This document shows positions 61,770 to 64,000 of a stretch of DNA of 64,000 nucleotides, one piece after another. Made by a program: the position numbers and the translations under genes. The DNA is from Neovahlkampfia damariscottae. Its lineage: Eukaryota. Location of the stretch: assembly GCA_016618085.1 (NCBI GenBank), contig JABLTG010000010.1, positions 62,001 to 126,000 of the forward strand. The letters run 5' to 3'. Numbering within the stretch: position 1 is the stretch's first letter; every line of letters starts with the position of its first letter. The notes under the pieces were generated by a model. The model saw nothing but the letters and a program-made list of their open reading frames with translations. It did no database searches and was not told the origin of the DNA.

Positions 61770-62620
61770 ATGAAGAAGACAATAATGCCAACCCTTTACT
61801 TTTCTCATGGATCACCAAACACAATAATGAATAATAAATCAAAAGCCTTCAACTATTGGAAGAAAGAAGCAATAAAATACATTCCAGAAAAACCAAAAGG
61901 AATTATTTGTATTTCCGCTCATTGGATGACAAATAGAGAAGTTAGAATTACTGCGTCAGAAAAACCAGAAACTATTCATGATTTTGGAGGTTTTGAAAGA
62001 GAACTATACGAAATGACATATAATTCACCTGGTGATCCAGTTTTAGCTAAAACTGTTCAAACTTTGTTACAAAATAACGGTGTTAAAGCTGAATTAGATA
62101 AATACAGAGGATATGACCATGGTGCATGGACAATTTTAAAATCAATTTATCCAAAAGCCGATATTCCTGTTGTACAAGTGTCTTTAAGCAGTAAAGACGA
62201 TGAAACAAATTTTAAGATTGGACAAGCTATCAAAAACTTAAAAAAAGAAGGAATTTTGATTGTTTGTTCAGGGGGTATTATTCATAACCTTGGAATGACA
62301 TTTCAATATTTCCGTGTAAGAGATCCAAAACCTGAACCTTGGGCTATCAAATTTCAAAACACCATCAAAGATATTGTTCAAAAACCATACAAACAGATGG
62401 TTGAGGATATCATGAATTGCAGAAAAATTGTGGATTATAAATTAGCTGTTCCTTCAAATGAACATTTCTTGGTAAGTTTATGAACATTTTTTTTAAGTAT
62501 TTTTGTAAGCCTGTAATTGTTGCAATGGGATCAATTATTGATGAAGAATCAAAAGGAAAAGTTCTATTTGATGATATGGAATACGGAATTTTGAGTATGG
62601 AAGTATTTCTTTTTGAATAA
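61770..62620 (+). CDS. LigB/YgiD-type (DOPA-4,5-dioxygenase-like) extradiol dioxygenase, 1 intron
   Basis: 'YFSHGSP', 'ISAHW', 'TIHDFGGF', 'RGYDHGAW', 'SGGIIHNL', 'EHFLPV'; intron at the same position as in the paralog. Confidence 0.92.
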
Positions 62621-62756
62621 GAAGTGTGTTCAATAAATATTAAAAAAATGTGTGTTCAATTTCTTTCTTGTCTAGCTAATTACCCAATCGGATTTTTTCA
62701 TTCAATTGGCAATTTGTCTTCTCAAAGAAAGAAGTCAAAATGATTTCACATAAAAT

Positions 62757-64000
62757 TTATTTTAATACCATTTTTTTCAATTCTTCAATTTGGAATTTCA
62801 TGCTTTCTAATTCAAATTTTGTCATTTTCAATTCTTTTTTCGTTTCTTTCAATTCATTTTCTAACATCACTACTCTTGAACTTTCATCTTTTTTCATATC
62901 AGAAAACATTTGACAAATAGTAATAGAATTGAAATATTTTTGAGCTGCATTTAATAAATTTCCTTCAATGGAATAATTTCGACAAAATTGAATAATTTTT
63001 CCAGCATTTTCTTGATTCACATTTTTGACTAAACAATGAACAACTTGATTTTTCAAATAATTGAATAAAATTTGATCAGAAAATTCATAGACGTTCATTA
63101 AATCTTCCAAGGCTTCATTTTGTAAATTGGCTTTTTTTGAATAAATGAAATTCAAAATGATTTTTAAATATCTCAAACTTGAATAATTTCCTTCCATTTT
63201 TATGATTTTTTTCGAGTTTTTGTTGAACTTGAATAACGAATCAAAATAGGAGATGGTTGACAAATAACCACAATGTGCTGAAATCTCTTCATTGGTTTTT
63301 GGATCGATGAATGTAACATCGGTTAATTCTTGTCTATCAAATAAATGAAACATATGAAGGCGTAATTCTCTGCGGCATGCATTTTTGGACCATGGTTTAG
63401 ATTGAATAAATTTTGGAATTGATCTTTTCATTTTCATTTTACAATCATAATCTTCAATATAATCCATTAAACTCAATTGATTCTCTTTGAAAAAAAAATT
63501 AACACATAATTCCCATAATTGGTCTTTTTCCAGTTTTTAAAAGAACAATTGAAACTTACCGAAATTTGAACGAAATGCTGATTCTGTCAAAAAATAAATG
63601 GTTTGAAAATCAATTTGGAAATTTGAATAACAAAAATCTTCGAGATTTTTAATTTTAAATTTAATAGAAATTTCCAACAATTTCACCAAGATGGAATTGT
63701 CAAATTTTTTGATGTCAAAAAAATATAAAAATTCAACGAATTTTTCAATCAAATCAGAACTATAATTCAAAATTTTGACATTTTTTAACAAAGGATTTTT
63801 GGAAAGCAAATAATCATGAACACCAAATTTTTGACCTTCTTTTGAATAAATACATTCATTGAAATAATTGAAATTTAAACAAGTTCCAATATTTGAATAA
63901 TCTGAAACATCCCAAATTTTGATTGTTTTGTCTTCTGAACACGATGCTAAATATTCATTTTCTAAAAGTGTTAAATCATAGATATCTCCTTTATGAACAG
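62757..64000 (-). CDS. 3' part of a WD40 plus two BTB/POZ domain protein (5' end outside the window)
   Basis: 'VHKGDIYDL...LASCSEDKTIKIWD'; BTB segments 'IEKFVEFLY' and 'LTDVTFI...ISAHCGYL...YFDSLF...ILNFIYS'. Confidence 0.8.

Overview
Very AT-rich, extremely gene-dense eukaryotic nuclear DNA read with the standard genetic code. I can reconstruct about 40 protein-coding genes with very short GT-AG introns (mostly about 24-45 nt). Intergenic gaps are often under 100 bp and CCAAT/ATTGG boxes sit close to most start codons. This fits a free-living protist; a heterolobosean amoeba is my inference and is not provable here. Housekeeping genes include STOML2, COMMD7, MAPK15, GCSH, an Sfp-type PPTase, 14-3-3, importin-4, an MDC1-like protein, INTS9, TRIP13/Pch2, a WDR59-like protein, Ras, GALT and an OTUD3-like protein. 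The main unusual signals are: (1) back-to-back mini-introns separated by exons of 0, 1, 3, 4 and 8 nt; (2) a CYP7-like P450, a secreted thioredoxin-LigB dioxygenase fusion and a second LigB dioxygenase in tandem, sharing an AACTCCGA...ATTGG promoter element with a second P450 24 kb away; (3) an intron-rich ATP-dependent RNA-ligase-like gene missed by the ORF track; (4) an intronless fusion of a dead NT5C domain, a Pol-beta-type nucleotidyltransferase and a ligase-like remnant; (5) RFTS-SNF2-PHD, lipase-RING-Arb2 and LRR-RBR fusions; (6) a shared BTB-like C-terminal tail on three unrelated repeat proteins. I found no rRNA, tRNA, CRISPR array or clear transposon. All gene models were spliced by eye and need RNA-seq confirmation; family calls come from motif recognition, not database searches.
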